This document shows, piece after piece, positions 26,953-42,020 of a DNA stretch of 64,000 nucleotides. Source of the stretch: Neovahlkampfia damariscottae (lineage: Eukaryota). The position numbers were made by a program, and so were the translations under genes. Under the pieces are notes generated by a model, which was not told the DNA's origin, made no database searches, and was given only the letters and a program-made list of their open reading frames with translations. The number at the start of each line of letters is the position of its first letter. The first letter of the stretch is position 1. The stretch covers positions 62,001-126,000 of the forward strand of contig JABLTG010000002.1 in assembly GCA_016618085.1 (NCBI GenBank), given 5' to 3'.

Positions 26953-29900
26953 ATGGTTGAAGAAGAAAAACAACTATTGTTGTCTTCAAAAAAACAGGAG
27001 GATATTGATTTACCATTTCCTAAAAATATACCAAAATATGTAAAAATATTTTTTATACAACTTTGGAGTCAAAGTAAAGAAAAAGTAAAATATTAACAAC
27101 CATTTTTCAAAAGTAAAACAAACATTTTTTGAAATGAGAAAAAGAAAATTGAATTATCTATTAGGATTATTGTCATGTACTATTGTAGTTTGGATGGTTT
27201 GTATTTCATATACAGTAAAATAAACACAAACCTTAATTTTAATTAGGCTTTAGGAAGTTTACCATTGGTATTTCTAAGATTAGCTGAATTGGGAAGAGGT
27301 GAATTTGATGTTAGAATGACAGTTGACCCATTTATGTCTGGCAAGTCTTTAAATTATACAAGAATATCAAACAAACCAAGATTTATTGAAGGTGATTATA
27401 GTTTTAGTTCACCTAGATTTATAAATCAATTTGATTTATATTCTGCTAAATCATGTAAAGACAAATTTGAAGTACCTGAAGATTTAACCAATCATACCTT
27501 ATTAAATTCAACACATTGGAAATGGATGTATAAAGGAAAATCAGGAAATGGAAATTGTCATTCTGATTTTTGTGTTGGTAAATTTTGTAATGAAAAAGTG
27601 AAAGGAAAATTATTTGCAATTGATTCAAATAGAGAAAAAAGAATGAATTTTGGAAGAGAATGGATAAAATTATATTCTTCAAAAATACCAGAAAGGAATG
27701 CATTTATATCATTTGAATTATCACAAACATTACATTTATCAATTGGTGATATAATTATTGTTCCAATTAATAATGTTGATTCAATATTTAGAGAATCAGG
27801 TATTATTACAGATAATAGAAAACCAAAAATTAGGAGAATTGATGTACCATTTCGTATTGATAAAATATATAATGATTATCAAACAGTAAACATTATATTT
27901 TTTTTTATAATATTATTAGTTGGGTAAATTTGATGATAAAGATGAATATTCTATTGTTGTTGAATTTGATTCATTATTACCATATTTATCATATCATCTT
28001 CATCCTGAAAATGATAATTTAAGAATGAATTTATCAAAATTAGATTTTTATAATTGTCCTTCTCATATGTTTGATCATTAATTAATCTAAATCTATTTTT
28101 AGATATTTTAATTTACCAAATAGATATGATATTTATAAACAACAAGTATTTGATGATATTCAAAATTATGTTGTTAAATTTGGTTCAAATCGTAAGAAGA
28201 ATTAAAGATTTAACTTTTAAAAAGTTAATTATTTATTAGGATTTAATCAAATTAATTCTGAATTTAAAATATTAGAATATTTATATAGAAATAGATTTAC
28301 ATCATTATTTGTTGGATTAATAGTTAATATAATAATAACAGTATTATCTGGATTATCAATTATATTAATATATTCATTATTATTAATAAATGTTGAAACA
28401 AGAACATTTGAATTAGGTGTAATGAGAATGTTAGGAATGACTAAATTTGGTATAATATCAATTGTATTATTACAATCATTTTCATATTCATTACCTGGTC
28501 TAATTATTGGATTAATATTTGGACAATTGAGTTACTTTTTAGTTAATTTTATATTAGTTTCTTATTTACAAATTAATCTTGGTAACTTTTTATCTTATGA
28601 ATCAATTATATTATCATCTATTTTAGGTTTTTTAATTCCAATATTTTCATCAATATTACCAATTTATTCTGCATTAGGTGTAAGTTTAAGAGAATCATTA
28701 GATACAACAAGATCAAAAACTAATGCAGTTACTTATAAAATTGAAAGAAATGGTGATTTAGGTATTAATTGGATCATTGTTATTATTGGTTCATTAATGT
28801 CTATTTTTGGATTTTCAATTCATTATTTTTTACCATTAGCATTAATATCATTTAATATAAGATTATTATTAATTGTATTTTTTGGAATTTTAATTTCAAT
28901 GAAATTTGGATTAACAATTTTAGCATTAAATTTAGAAAATTTAATTGAAAGAATATTATGTTTCATTTTCTTTTTTTGGGAGAATTATGCAATTAGATCA
29001 ATTATTACAAAGAATTTAATTGCACATAGAATTAGAAATAGAAAAACAACTATAATGTATGCTGCATCATTAGGTTTTATTATTTTTGTTTCTGTTTCTT
29101 TTGATGTTCAAACAACATCAACAAAATATCAACAATATCAAAAATATGGAACAAGATTAAAAATTGAAGGATATAATTATGATTCATTTAATTTAAATAA
29201 ATTAAAACAAATTGAAGATTTATTAAATTCAAAAAAGAATATAATTTCAAATTATGCATATATGTCATTTGAATTTGCACAAGTAACAGGTTTAAATACA
29301 ACATTATCAAATATTGGTAGATATGATGATACAACACAATATTTATATGCTATTTCATCTAATTTTTATGAAACAACAGGAAATGAATTTTTAACACAAG
29401 TAGATACATATCCAAGTGAATGGGATCCATCAAGACAATTATATACATCTTATGGTACATCAGGTATTATTTTAGGTTCAATGTATCAAAAGAAATTTAA
29501 AATTAATACAAAATCATCAATTGAATTAACTATTGAAGAATTATCTGGTAAAAGAAAATTATCAGTGAATAGAGAAATCTTTAAACCAATATCATTAGTA
29601 TCTGCTGCACCTGGATCTACATTTTCAAATTTTCCATTAATTGAAAAACAAGATGCATTAATTTCATTTTCATCTTTTATTAGATTATCAAAATACTCAA
29701 AAAATAGATCATTTCATTCAATTGATAATGTACCAATCAAATTCATTTTTATTGGAATTAAAAAATCAACGAATGAAAATGAAATTTCAAAATTAAAATT
29801 TGAATTAAATAAATTAGGTATTAATGGTAAACTTGAAGATGTTGAAGATCGTTTAAAAAATATAACACTTGCATCAGATGTAATGCAATTCTTTTTTATT

Positions 29901-30320
29901 TTTACAACATTTGTTTCAATGTTTATGTGCTTTTTTAGTTTATCTTCGAGTATGTATTCAAATATATTTGAACAATCAAAAGAAATTGGTATTTTAAGAG
30001 CAATTGGTGCTAGAAAATTCTCAATTTCAAGAATATATATTTATGAATCATTCATTTTAATTCTATCTTCAACTGTTATGGGTTTAATTATTGGTACTAT
30101 TATTGCTTATTCATTTGTAAATATCAATCATCATTTGAATTTTTTTTAGGTTGTTCAAAGAGTATTATTTACACAATTACCAATACCATTTGTATTTCCT
30201 TGGATTGTTGTTTTAACTGTAATTGGAAGTGCAATAATATTTTCAATTTTATCTTCAATTATTCCAATTTATACTTTAATGACTGATTCAATTGTTGGTG
30301 TAATGAGAAGATTAACTTAA
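26953..30320 (+). CDS. Duplicated FtsX/MacB-type (type VII ABC) permease-like membrane protein, spliced
   Basis: Two FtsX signatures, ETRTFELGVMRMLG and EQSKEIGILRAIG; NLIAHRIRNRKT; two large extracellular loops. Confidence 0.82.
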
Positions 30321-30399
30321 AAAAGATTATAATACTCAATAATAATAAGTTTATTATAGAATTGTTATTGTTTCTTCTTCTTCTTCTAATTCTTATTTT

Positions 30400-30951
30400 T
30401 CAATTTGACCAAATATTTTTATTAAAACATTTTTTCATCATTCTATTTAATAATACATCTATTTTATCTTCTTTCAAATTTGGTTGTAATATTAATGATT
30501 TCTTTGATATTTTTGAAACACATTCTTTTTTTAAATTATATTCACTTTCAAATGAATATTTTGAACATTCTGCATTAAATGAGGCTTTAATTTCAGAACA
30601 AACTAAATCTTCTTCATTCTTCCAATTTATTTTATGAACACAATCATGTGCACCATGTATCATTTCATGTATTAATGCTTCTTTGATTTCATATTTTGAA
30701 TTTAATTTATTTGAATATAAAACAATATCTTTTGATTTATTGGTTTTAGTAAATAATGACCTAGATTTTAAATAAGGTTCTGCTAAGGCACAATATATTG
30801 AAATATTACATCCTTTTTCATTTTTTATTTCGTTTTGTATTTCTTTCAATATTTCATCTTTTGGTTCACTTAAATTTGACATCAAAACTCGGTCACAAAA
30901 TTTTAATCCTTTCAATAATCTCTCTTTTTCATGTTCAAATTCATTCTTCAT
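30400..30951 (-). CDS. ATP23: Mitochondrial inner-membrane metalloprotease ATP23
   Basis: LIHEMIHGAHDC (HExxH), INW, LVCSEIKAS, KECV, KCF. Confidence 0.85.
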   Translation of the reverse strand: MKNEFEHEKERLLKGLKFCDRVLMSNLSEPKDEILKEIQNEIKNEKGCNISIYCALAEPYLKSRSLFTKTNKSKDIVLYSNKLNSKYEIKEALIHEMIHGAHDCVHKINWKNEEDLVCSEIKASFNAECSKYSFESEYNLKKECVSKISKKSLILQPNLKEDKIDVLLNRMMKKCFNKNIWSN

Positions 30952-30967
30952 TCTCACTTCTTAATAA

Positions 30968-30979
30968 TTGACCAATCAA
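30968..30979. promoter_or_regulatory. CCAAT element TTGACCAATCAA in a 37-nt divergent intergenic region
   Basis: Same 12-mer or its reverse complement at 1181, 20609 and 21484; shorter versions precede most genes. Confidence 0.75.
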
Positions 30980-30988
30980 ATAGACCCA

Positions 30989-31213
30989 ATGAACTCTTCA
31001 ACTTATCACGTTCAAAATGTTTTGAATTTGTACAAATTATTATTAAGAAGTACATATGATAAAGTCAAAATACCATCTGTTACTTCTAGAGTGTACATAA
31101 GGAATACAATAAAATCAACTTTTAAACAATACAAAGATGAACCAAATGAAAAAATAATAAAAATACAATTGCAAAGAGGTTTAAATTATCTATCTGCAAT
31201 TTATGAAGAATAA
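30989..31213 (+). CDS. LYR-motif (Complex1_LYR) mitochondrial protein, 74 aa
   Basis: VLNLYKLLLR...YIRNTIKSTFKQYKDEPNEKII...G..YL. Confidence 0.8.
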   Translation: MNSSTYHVQNVLNLYKLLLRSTYDKVKIPSVTSRVYIRNTIKSTFKQYKDEPNEKIIKIQLQRGLNYLSAIYEE

Positions 31214-31360
31214 AATTTATTTTCAAAAATAGTTTGTTACATGATTGGTTCAAACTATCAGTGGTAATCTTTGGAAGTGTAAAAGAAAATGAAAAAAAAA
31301 AGAAATATAAATAGTTATGAATTGTCTAAAATACTTAACAAAAAGATACATTTAAATAGG

Positions 31361-32123
31361 ATGAATGAAACTTTAAAAAAACAAGTTATTCAAAAATGTG
31401 AAGAGTATGATAATATTTTAGATGTTTTAAATGATTATTGTTATTTTGAACTATCAGATTTTGAAAATGAAACAAATAAAATAAATTTAGAAAAAATGAA
31501 AAGTTTTCAAAGAATAGCGCAAGTAATAATTAAAAAATACTATTATTTATATTTAGTCAACAAATTGCAAGGAAGTTTTTACAACATAATTTATGGGATT
31601 TAGATCATGCAGTGAATTCATATTATACATGAGGTGCCAAATTAGCAGGTAATTGTTTAAATGATAAAGATAGAATTACTAAATTGTATTATAATTGTAA
31701 ATGTAATTTATTGAATGAAGATTATTTAGAATTTGAGGATTTATTAAATTTTTCAAAACAATTAAATTTGAATCCACAAAGTATTGAATTATTAATTATT
31801 TTTTGGAAATTAAAACCAAACAATTGTTATTCCATTTCAAAAGATGAATTTATTAATGGATTTTTAAATCTTGATTGTTCTTCAATCAAAGAAATTAAAT
31901 TAAAATGTTTAATTTGAAAATTGAAAAAGATTTAAAATTTAAAGATTTTATTTGTATTTGATTTTTCAACAAATTCAAGTACATTATTGTTTGAAGTTGC
32001 AAAGAATTTGATTAAACAATTGTTTTCAATTGAAGAGAATTCAAATCTATTAGGAGGTTTCATGATTGAAAAAGAAAGAATTAATAAAAAAGAATGGTTA
32101 AATATTTTTGATTACAAACAATA
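31361..32123 (+). pseudogene. DCN1-like (UBA-like + PONY) gene with in-frame stops
   Basis: IARKFLQHNLWDLDHAVNSYY, LLIIFWKL, ISKDEFING, INKKEW; TGA at 31630-31632 and further stops near 31915-31935 not removable by a frame-preserving GT-AG intron that I could find. Confidence 0.6.
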
Positions 32124-32139
32124 AAAATTTTTAATTACT

Positions 32140-34000
<1,861 letters not shown>

Positions 34001-34199
34001 TATGTTCTTCTCTCTTCAAATGTGAAAACTGTAGTGGACCAATAAGATGCAAATTCGAAGATTTTTAACATTGACCAATTATTTTTTTTCAGTTTCAAGA
34101 ATTGATCATTTTTTTGTTTTCAATGAAAAAAAACTGCAAATTCTTTAGGAAAATAAAATTCCGTTAATTTCCCAAAAAATTCCACCAATCATCGATCAT

Positions 34200-35469
34200 A
34201 TGAATCAATTTGTTTTTGTTTCACTGTTTCTGTTCTGTCTCAAAATTGTCTCTGGAAATTCATGTCCAAGTAAGTATTGAATATAATTTTATATTTTAGG
34301 AGAACTTCAGTTGGAATTTGATAAACCTCTCCAATTTAGGACGTTGGAGAATCAAACTTATTATTTCAATGCTTCGAATGCTCAAATTTGTTCTCAATAT
34401 ATTCCTGTATCATATTTAGTGACTATAGAATGGGTGGATTGTGATTCAAATTCTGAAGTAATTTCTATTTTTTTTCTTAATTTTTCAGTTATACTTTGGT
34501 ATTAACGACTGTCCAACAAAGTTGAACAATGTGAGATCAACAATAAAGAAAAACAAAAATTTACAATATTTAACAATATTTCCAAATGAAATATCATCAT
34601 GCAAAGAAAAAAAGAATTTTATTTTTGGTATTCGTTTGAAAGGAAGATGTTCCAATCAACAAGCAGCAATTACCATCACAAAAATCAGTAAAAAAATAGA
34701 AAATTAAAAAGAAAATAGACAATGTTGAAGTTGAATTGGACTCACCAATATCAGATTCTTTACTGCCGAATGTTGAAAGGTTTCTTCATTTTAAATTTTT
34801 AGATTCAGTTTTTGAAAATCCAATTTTAATTTTTAGAAAATTATCTGAAGAAGATTCAATTGTTAATGTAAAAAAGAATGGTTGGACTACAGATAGTTCA
34901 AATAGAAATGATATTTTTTCTTTTAAATTAAATCAATTTTCAATATCACCAATTAAAAAAGGAGATGAATTTTATTTTCACTTAATATCAAATTATTCAA
35001 CACCTTACACATTTTTTGTTCGAGCTGGTTCAATTTGGTAAAGTTTGTGATTTACTTACACATTTTAAAGTGCAAGAGGATGTTTGAATGGTGGTGATTG
35101 TAATTTTGAAACAGGAAAATGTAATTGTCTTCCTGGTTTTTGGGGTAAACGTTGTGGAGAAAGAGGTTGTATAGAAGGATCATCATGTTCAGTTGTTGGT
35201 GGTGTTGGGACAATCAAATGTACAAACAAACAAGATGAAGAATGTATTGTCACTTATTGTGATTCTTGGAGAAAAAATGTAGATAATAGATGTATTCCAA
35301 TTCTTTATTATGGTAAATTCGAATTTTATTAATTCCATCAAAAATAGAAGCTGCAATTGCGATCATAATTTCTTTGGCTTTGATATTTTTATTGACTGGA
35401 TGTACAGTTGGTTTAATTATTGGAAAATATACGAAAAAAAGAACTTCTTATCAAGTTTTACAACAATAA
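34200..35469 (+). CDS. Type I membrane protein with EGF-like domain, spliced
   Basis: Signal peptide; CLNGGDCNFETGKCNCLPGFWGKRC; TM segment; cytosolic tail ending YQVLQQ. Confidence 0.75.
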
Positions 35470-35518
35470 ATAATTTTATTAATAACCATTGGCCAAAATT
35501 ATCCAATCGCAGTGAATC

Positions 35519-36918
35519 ATGAAAAAAGCGCAAAAGTCGGAGGTAGCAAAAGGCGATAAAAAAAATATTGAAGTTGAAGAAGAATCAAATGATCAAATTC
35601 AAGAAGAACCAACTGAAAATGAATATGTTTGTAATTCCAACGAAGCTATGAATTTCAAGTTGAGTAAGTTTTTTCTCAATTAAAAATCTATAAACCAAAT
35701 AGTTTCTACAATTGAAGATTTAGATAAAAATGATATTTCATTCCATCCTACCTACACACATCAAATCTTCGGTGAAGACGAGAGAATAGTTGGTAATTTG
35801 AATTTATATTTTTCTAAAAAAAAAAAAAAGGATTCAAAAATTTAAAAATAAATATATATTTCCATGCTTCAACATTAAATACATGTATTGAACAAAGTTA
35901 TGATGAAAAGATTGTGAAAGATATTAATCCAATTTCACTTTTAACGAAGAAACCAATTGAATTTGAAATTAATGGAACTAAAGTATTCATTTTAATTCTA
36001 TTAATAAATATCAGTCAATACCATTTCGATATGAAACACTTTCCAATTTGAATGAATTTAAAAAAATAATAAAAAAAAAGAAAACCATAAAACCAACAAC
36101 ATTTGGTAATGAAATTGAAAGATATGAAAAGAATGAAAGAATATTTGAAATATATTTAGGTGACTTTGAAAATCCAAATATAATTGATTATCATGAAAGA
36201 CTTCAAATATTTTCATTATTTTTTATTCAAGGTGCAAGTTATATTAATAATGAAGATTCAAAATGGAAAATATTCTTAATGTAAAATAATATAATATTTA
36301 ATTTTTAATTTAGATTTGAAAAGATAAAAGATATTCAAGTTTATAATATAGTTGGATATTGTACAGTTTATCCATTTTATGGATATCCTGATAGAACAAG
36401 ATTAAGAATATCACAATTTATAATATTACCACCATTTCAAAAACAAGTAATCTTAAGATATAGACTCTAATATACTTTATAAAAAGGGACATGGTTCAAA
36501 ATTATTAAAATCAATTTATAATTATGCTAAACAAATAAATTCAATTGATGTTTGTGTTGAAGATCCAAGTGATGATTTTCAAAGTTTAAGAGATAAAATT
36601 GATTTTCAAAACTTTCAAAAATTAAATTTAAATTTAAATGAATTTAATAAAGAATTAAAAGATAGAGTTAAAAATGAATTAAAAATAAATGATTCACAAA
36701 TTAGAAAATGTTATGAAATTGAAAAGTTAAATCAAATTTTAAATTCAAAAGAAAAGAATGAAGAAAAAAAAAGAAAATTAGAATTAGAAATTAAAAGAAG
36801 ATTATTTAAAGAATATGATTTAAATAATTATTTTGAAGATAAAAAAGAATGTAAATCAAATCTTGATTCAATTTATAAAGAAGTATATCAAGAATATATT
36901 GATATTTTAAAAAAATAA
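35519..36918 (+). CDS. HAT1: Histone acetyltransferase type B catalytic subunit, spliced
   Basis: FHPTYTHQIFGEDERI, RLQIFSLFFIQGASYI, RLRISQFIILPPFQKQGHGSKL, VEDPSDDFQSLRD. Confidence 0.93.
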
Positions 36919-36957
36919 AATGAATGATTTTGTTTTTTAGAGTTGATGTTAATATTT

Positions 36958-38017
36958 TTATTCAAATTTATGATGAGTAATTAACCATTCTGCTTCTGGT
37001 TGAAATTTATTTAATTTTAAATCCATTTTTCCTTGAATTGTATTTGAAATATAATCAAGTTTAATAAGTAATTCATCATTTTCAATATTTTTAACATTTG
37101 TAATATCTAATTTAAATCCTTTTAATCCAGATTTATATAATTTATCATAAAATCCAAATATACTTTTCTTTCCTTCATATTTTTCATTTTTATAAAATAA
37201 AATTGCATCATCATGATACATAATAATTGATGCTTTTGGATTTTTATAATTTAAATAACTATTAAAATCTGATATTTGCATTCTTGCACAAGAAATTGGT
37301 TTATCAATTTGCCATAATTCATGATGAAGATCTATCAAAAATATATTAAAATAATATTAAATACCTTTTGGTTGATGATTTTTTGGAAATGTAAATTCAT
37401 CCATTAATACTTCACGAATAGCTTTAACTACTTGAAATGCACATGCTTCATATGAAACACCACCTACTCCTGTACCTAAACCTGGAAAGGCAATTTCATC
37501 AATTATATCTTTAACTGCTTTTCCTTTATTCTTTCCATATTTAAAACTACCTTTTTTCCATAATAAGAATACTGCTCTTGCTGCTAAAAATGGATTGGTT
37601 GTTGTTTCTTCAAGTGTAGTACCAATTCTCATTGTTGGTGCAGAAATACAATAAGGAATATTTTTATCTCCTGTTTCAACAACTTCTGCCTTTTTTTAAA
37701 AATTAAATTAATTTGATAATGAATACTTGTCCAACTAACATTTCACCATCATGTTCTTCTTTGATTAAACTTTGTACGTCATTTTCAACTTGAAGTCCAA
37801 ATTTTTTAGTGTAGATTCCATCAATACCACCTCTCATAAAACCAAAACTATTTGCAGGTGAAACAATAGAATCAACTGTTAAATCAAGAATAGAACCATC
37901 AACCACTACAAGTTCAATTCCCTTTTGTTTTGCAAGCTCAACAACTGGTTCTGCATATTTTGTCCATGCATCAAGAAGTCCTTTTTCTTTAAAAGCTGTT
38001 AATAAAACCTTCACCAT
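36958..38017 (-). CDS. Macro domain (ADP-ribose processing) fused to a C-terminal NTF2/SnoaL-like domain, 2 introns
   Basis: IVSPANSFGFMRGGIDG, SAPTMR, IAFPGLGTGVG; tail MYHDDAIL...YEGKKSIFGFY...EWLITHH. Confidence 0.8.
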
Positions 38018-38110
38018 TGTCTGTTTGAATTGTTTTTATTTGTAGTTAAAAATAAAAGTGAATTGATTGGTTATTAAAGTTGAGAGGAAAAATAAAAAAA
38101 AAAAAGAAAT

Positions 38111-38323
38111 TTATTTTTCTTTTCTAATAATATCACTATTTGATTGTTCAAAACCTTTGAATTAATTGATGAATGAATAAAATTACCTTTGAAACACAAG
38201 AAAGTGACCAAAATTAAATGAAACAATATCAAACCAACAACTAAATATCCTAACCATGTGTATTCACCTCCTAAATATTTAAAAATATTATATTTTTTTA
38301 CCAAGTGCATCAACAACTCCCAT
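38111..38323 (-). CDS. Putative 49-aa single-TM microprotein, 2 introns
   Basis: Exons 38323-38302, 38270-38187 and 38154-38111 total 150 nt; MGVVDALGGEYTWLGYLVVGLILFHLILVTFLCFKGFEQSNSDIIRKEK. Confidence 0.65.
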
Positions 38324-38408
38324 TTTTCTTTTAGTTCAACAAAAATTTTAAAAGATTAAATGATTGGACAAAGTTAACAACCAATCATTAGCAATTTTGT
38401 TTTAAAAA

Positions 38409-39112
38409 ATGTTAACCCAAAGAATAGCAAAATACATTCAACAAAGTTACACAAAATACATTTTTGGAACTTCACACAAAGAAACAGAATTAATTGTTCC
38501 TAAAACAAGAGGAGCTTTTGATCCATATGTCGTGTAAAAAACTTTTCTTTCTCATTATTTTTTTTATCTAGATTTCCTGTAAAATTTAAATGGCAAAAAT
38601 ATCTTGAAATACCAGAAGATGAATTAGTAGCATGGGAAAAATTTGATAAAGCTCTTGTTTTTTCATGGTGGAATTCATTTTCATATAGAAAATTAGGTAT
38701 TTTTTATTTTTTATTTATTTTTTTGTCAGGACTTGTTTTTGATGATTTAGCATCCAGTGAACAACCAGCAGTCATTGAAGCTATCAATAGATTACCAAAA
38801 GAAGTTAAAATTGCAAGAAGTAAACGTATTGGAAGAGCTATGGATTTAAGTTTTCATAAAAAAATTTTAGATGAAAGTGAATGGACACCAATTGAACTTG
38901 ATGTTCCTTACTTATCACCATATATTAAATGGGTTGAAGCAGAAATGGAAGAATCAGATGCAGAAGTATTTGCAAGAAATGATATTCCTTTACCGTAAAA
39001 CGAAAAAATTTTAAAACTATTTTTTAGTCCATATCAAAAATATGACCTTGATGAAATGTATCACGCTGGAAGAGGTAAAATGTTCCAAAATAAAACTAGA
39101 TTAATTGATTAA
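38409..39112 (+). CDS. QCR7: Cytochrome bc1 complex subunit 7 (14 kDa family) with extensions, 3 introns
   Basis: YRKLGLVFDD, EAINRLP, R..RI.RAMDLS, ILDESEWT, DVPYLSPYI. Confidence 0.88.
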
Positions 39113-39180
39113 AATAAATTGTTTTTAATAATCTCTTTTTGGAGGTCAATTTTTTTCAACCAATCAAATTTTGCAACGTC

Positions 39181-41838
39181 ATGGAAGAAGTTGTTCAAAA
39201 GAACCAAATTCCAGACTCTGGAAAAAATAAAGAACAAGAAAAAAGAATATTTGTTCAATTAATTGATGGAGAAGGAGAATTTACAGATAACTTACCTTCT
39301 TATTTAAAGGAAACAAATTTATATGGAAAAGGAAATGAATATTCATTATTATCAGTATTTGGACCACAATCATCTGGTAAAAGTACATTATTAAATGGAT
39401 TATTTGGTACACCCTTTCCAACTATGGATGCACAATCAGGTAGATATCAAGTTACTTTAGGAGTTTGTTGTTCAAAAGCAAAACAATCAGATAGTAAATG
39501 AATAATATTAATTCATATTTTTTTAGTCCTTGTATTTGATATGGAAGGTACAGATAGTAAAGAAAGAGCAGGAAAAGAAAATTTAAGTTTTGAAAGAAAA
39601 ATATCATTATTTGCATTATCAATGACTGAAGTATTAATTGTAAACATGTGGCATCAAGATATTGGTCGTTATAATGCATCAAATTATTCACTTTTAAAAC
39701 AAGTATTTGAACTAAATTTACAATTATTTGGAAAGAATAAGTAAGAAAGAAATAAAATTAAAAAAAGAACATCAAAAACATTATTATTATTTGTTATACG
39801 TGATCATATAAAAAGTACAAGTTTAGAAGTATTACAAAAACAAATAAATGAAGATATTAAAAATATTTGGAATTCTATTAGTAAACCAGAAGACTTTAAA
39901 GAAACAAAAGCAAATGATTTTTTTGAATTTGATTTTGAAGTATTTCCACATTATGAATATTTAAGAGATGAATTTAATTTAAAAATTGAAACTTTTAGAG
40001 ATAGATTTATTAATCCAAAAAATGAAGGATATTTATTTAAAAAAGAATATAAAAAATCAGTACCAATTGATGGATTTAATCATTATGCAAAACAAATTTG
40101 GGAAATTATTAAAGAAAACAAAGATTTAGATATTCCAACTCAAAAAGAAATGTTAGCATTATTTAGATGTGGTGAAATATCAAAAGATATTTTAATTGAA
40201 TTTGGTAATATTAATTAATGTTAATATTTAAATATAGAAAATGAATATAAATTATTTGAAAAAGTTGTTGAAAAAAAAGAAATTATTTCTAATTTTGGAA
40301 TGGAATCAGAAAATTTAATTTTAAATATTTTAAATAAATTTAAAAATGAATCTATTTTATATGATGAAAGAGTTGTATTAACAAAAACAAAAGAATTAAA
40401 TGAACATATGAAAAAAGAAATTAAAATATTATCTTTAAAACAAATTCAATTTGAAAAAGATATTTCTTTAAAAAAATTTGAAAAAATTATTTTAAACAAA
40501 GTAAATGGTATTGATGGTGATGAAAAGATTATTTTAAATAATTTTAATGATTTTATTGAAAAAGAAAAAGAAATTATTTTTAAATTATTTAATCAAAATT
40601 CAATGAAATTACTTTTAAATCCATCTACATTATCATTAAATTTAAATTTATCAACACCTTCTCCATCACCATCTCCTTCACCATCACCATCTCCTTTTAA
40701 GTTGAATCAAAAATTAGATGAAATATTAATCTCAAATCAAAATCAAAATCAAAATCAAAACTCAAATCAAAGTATCACTTCAACTCCTAAATCTATATTT
40801 GGACAAGTTGAAGAAGAAAAAGATTTAATATTTCAAAATTTAAAAGAAGATATTAATAAATTTATTTTAGAAATTAGAAAAGTACAAATTGAAAGAATAT
40901 TAGAAAAAGAAAAAATCAAATATGAACAAATGATTTCAAAAGATATTTCTAATATTTTAAATACACCAAATAAAACACTTTGGAAAGATATTAGAAATGT
41001 ATTTAATTTAACATTAAATAAATTTAAAAAAGAAGAAAATGACATTATATTTAAAGATTTAAATTTAAATAAAAAAGAAAATGAAAAAAATGAAAAAGAA
41101 TTAAAATTATCATTAGAACATATTATTTTATCAAAAGTAAATGATTCAGTTGATTTTCTTGCATTAAAAATGCACCAAAAATTTGATGAAGAATTTAGAT
41201 ATACTAATGGTCATGCACCAAGAATATTTAAATCTTCTAATGAAATTAAATTAGTTTTTAAAAATGCAAGAAATAATTCATTAGAATTAATTAATTTATT
41301 CTTTTTAAATAGATTAAATAATGAAGATTTAGATGATATTAAAATTAAAATACCATCTTTAAATTATCAAATGAATTTAAAAAATGAAAAAGAAAATAAT
41401 GAAAATGATGATGATGTATTTTCATTTCCAAAAATTGAAAATGATTCTTTAATTTTAAAAAATGAAAAAGAATGTAAAAGATTATATCAAGATTTTGTTG
41501 TTAAAATTGGTACAACTTATTCAGATGCAGAAAGAACTTATATGTTACATGCTCAAAAGACTCATATTCCTTTATGGTTATATGGTTTAATCTTTCTTTT
41601 AGGTTGGAATGAAATTGTTTGGATCTTTACTCATCCTCTTTATCTTTTAATATTTCTTATTTTTGGTTCAATTATTGGTTATCAATTTTTAAAAACAAGA
41701 ATTGAAGAATATATTAAATTTGAAACTTCAACTTCTTCAAAAATTGCAATTAAAATGTTTTTATCAAAAGTACCTTGGAAATTATTTGACCTAGAAGAAG
41801 AAGAAATGGAAGAAATGGAAGATAAAAAAAACAAATGA
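39181..41838 (+). CDS. SEY1: ER-fusion GTPase SEY1/RHD3, spliced
   Basis: [52 protein letters not shown]-terminal hairpin [16 protein letters not shown]. Confidence 0.95.
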
Positions 41839-42020
41839 GAACATGTCTTTTTCCGAAATAAAAATTTTAAATTCCATTGGGTAATTCATATTTCCATATT
41901 TAGTAATATAATTAACCAATAATGTTTCTACACATTTTCACACAACTGATAAATGCGATTGGTTCGGAAAGTTGTCTATAAATAAATCTAAACTTCAACT
42001 AACCGAAAAGAAACGAAACA

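Noticed and set aside
31630..31632. In-frame TGA as selenocysteine or a variant genetic code
   Set aside because: The same gene has other lesions, no SECIS was recognised, Trp is TGG elsewhere and TGA ends SEY1
40655..40770. (Ser-Pro)n and (Asn-Gln)n repeats in SEY1
   Set aside because: Ordinary low-complexity coding insertions typical of AT-rich protists
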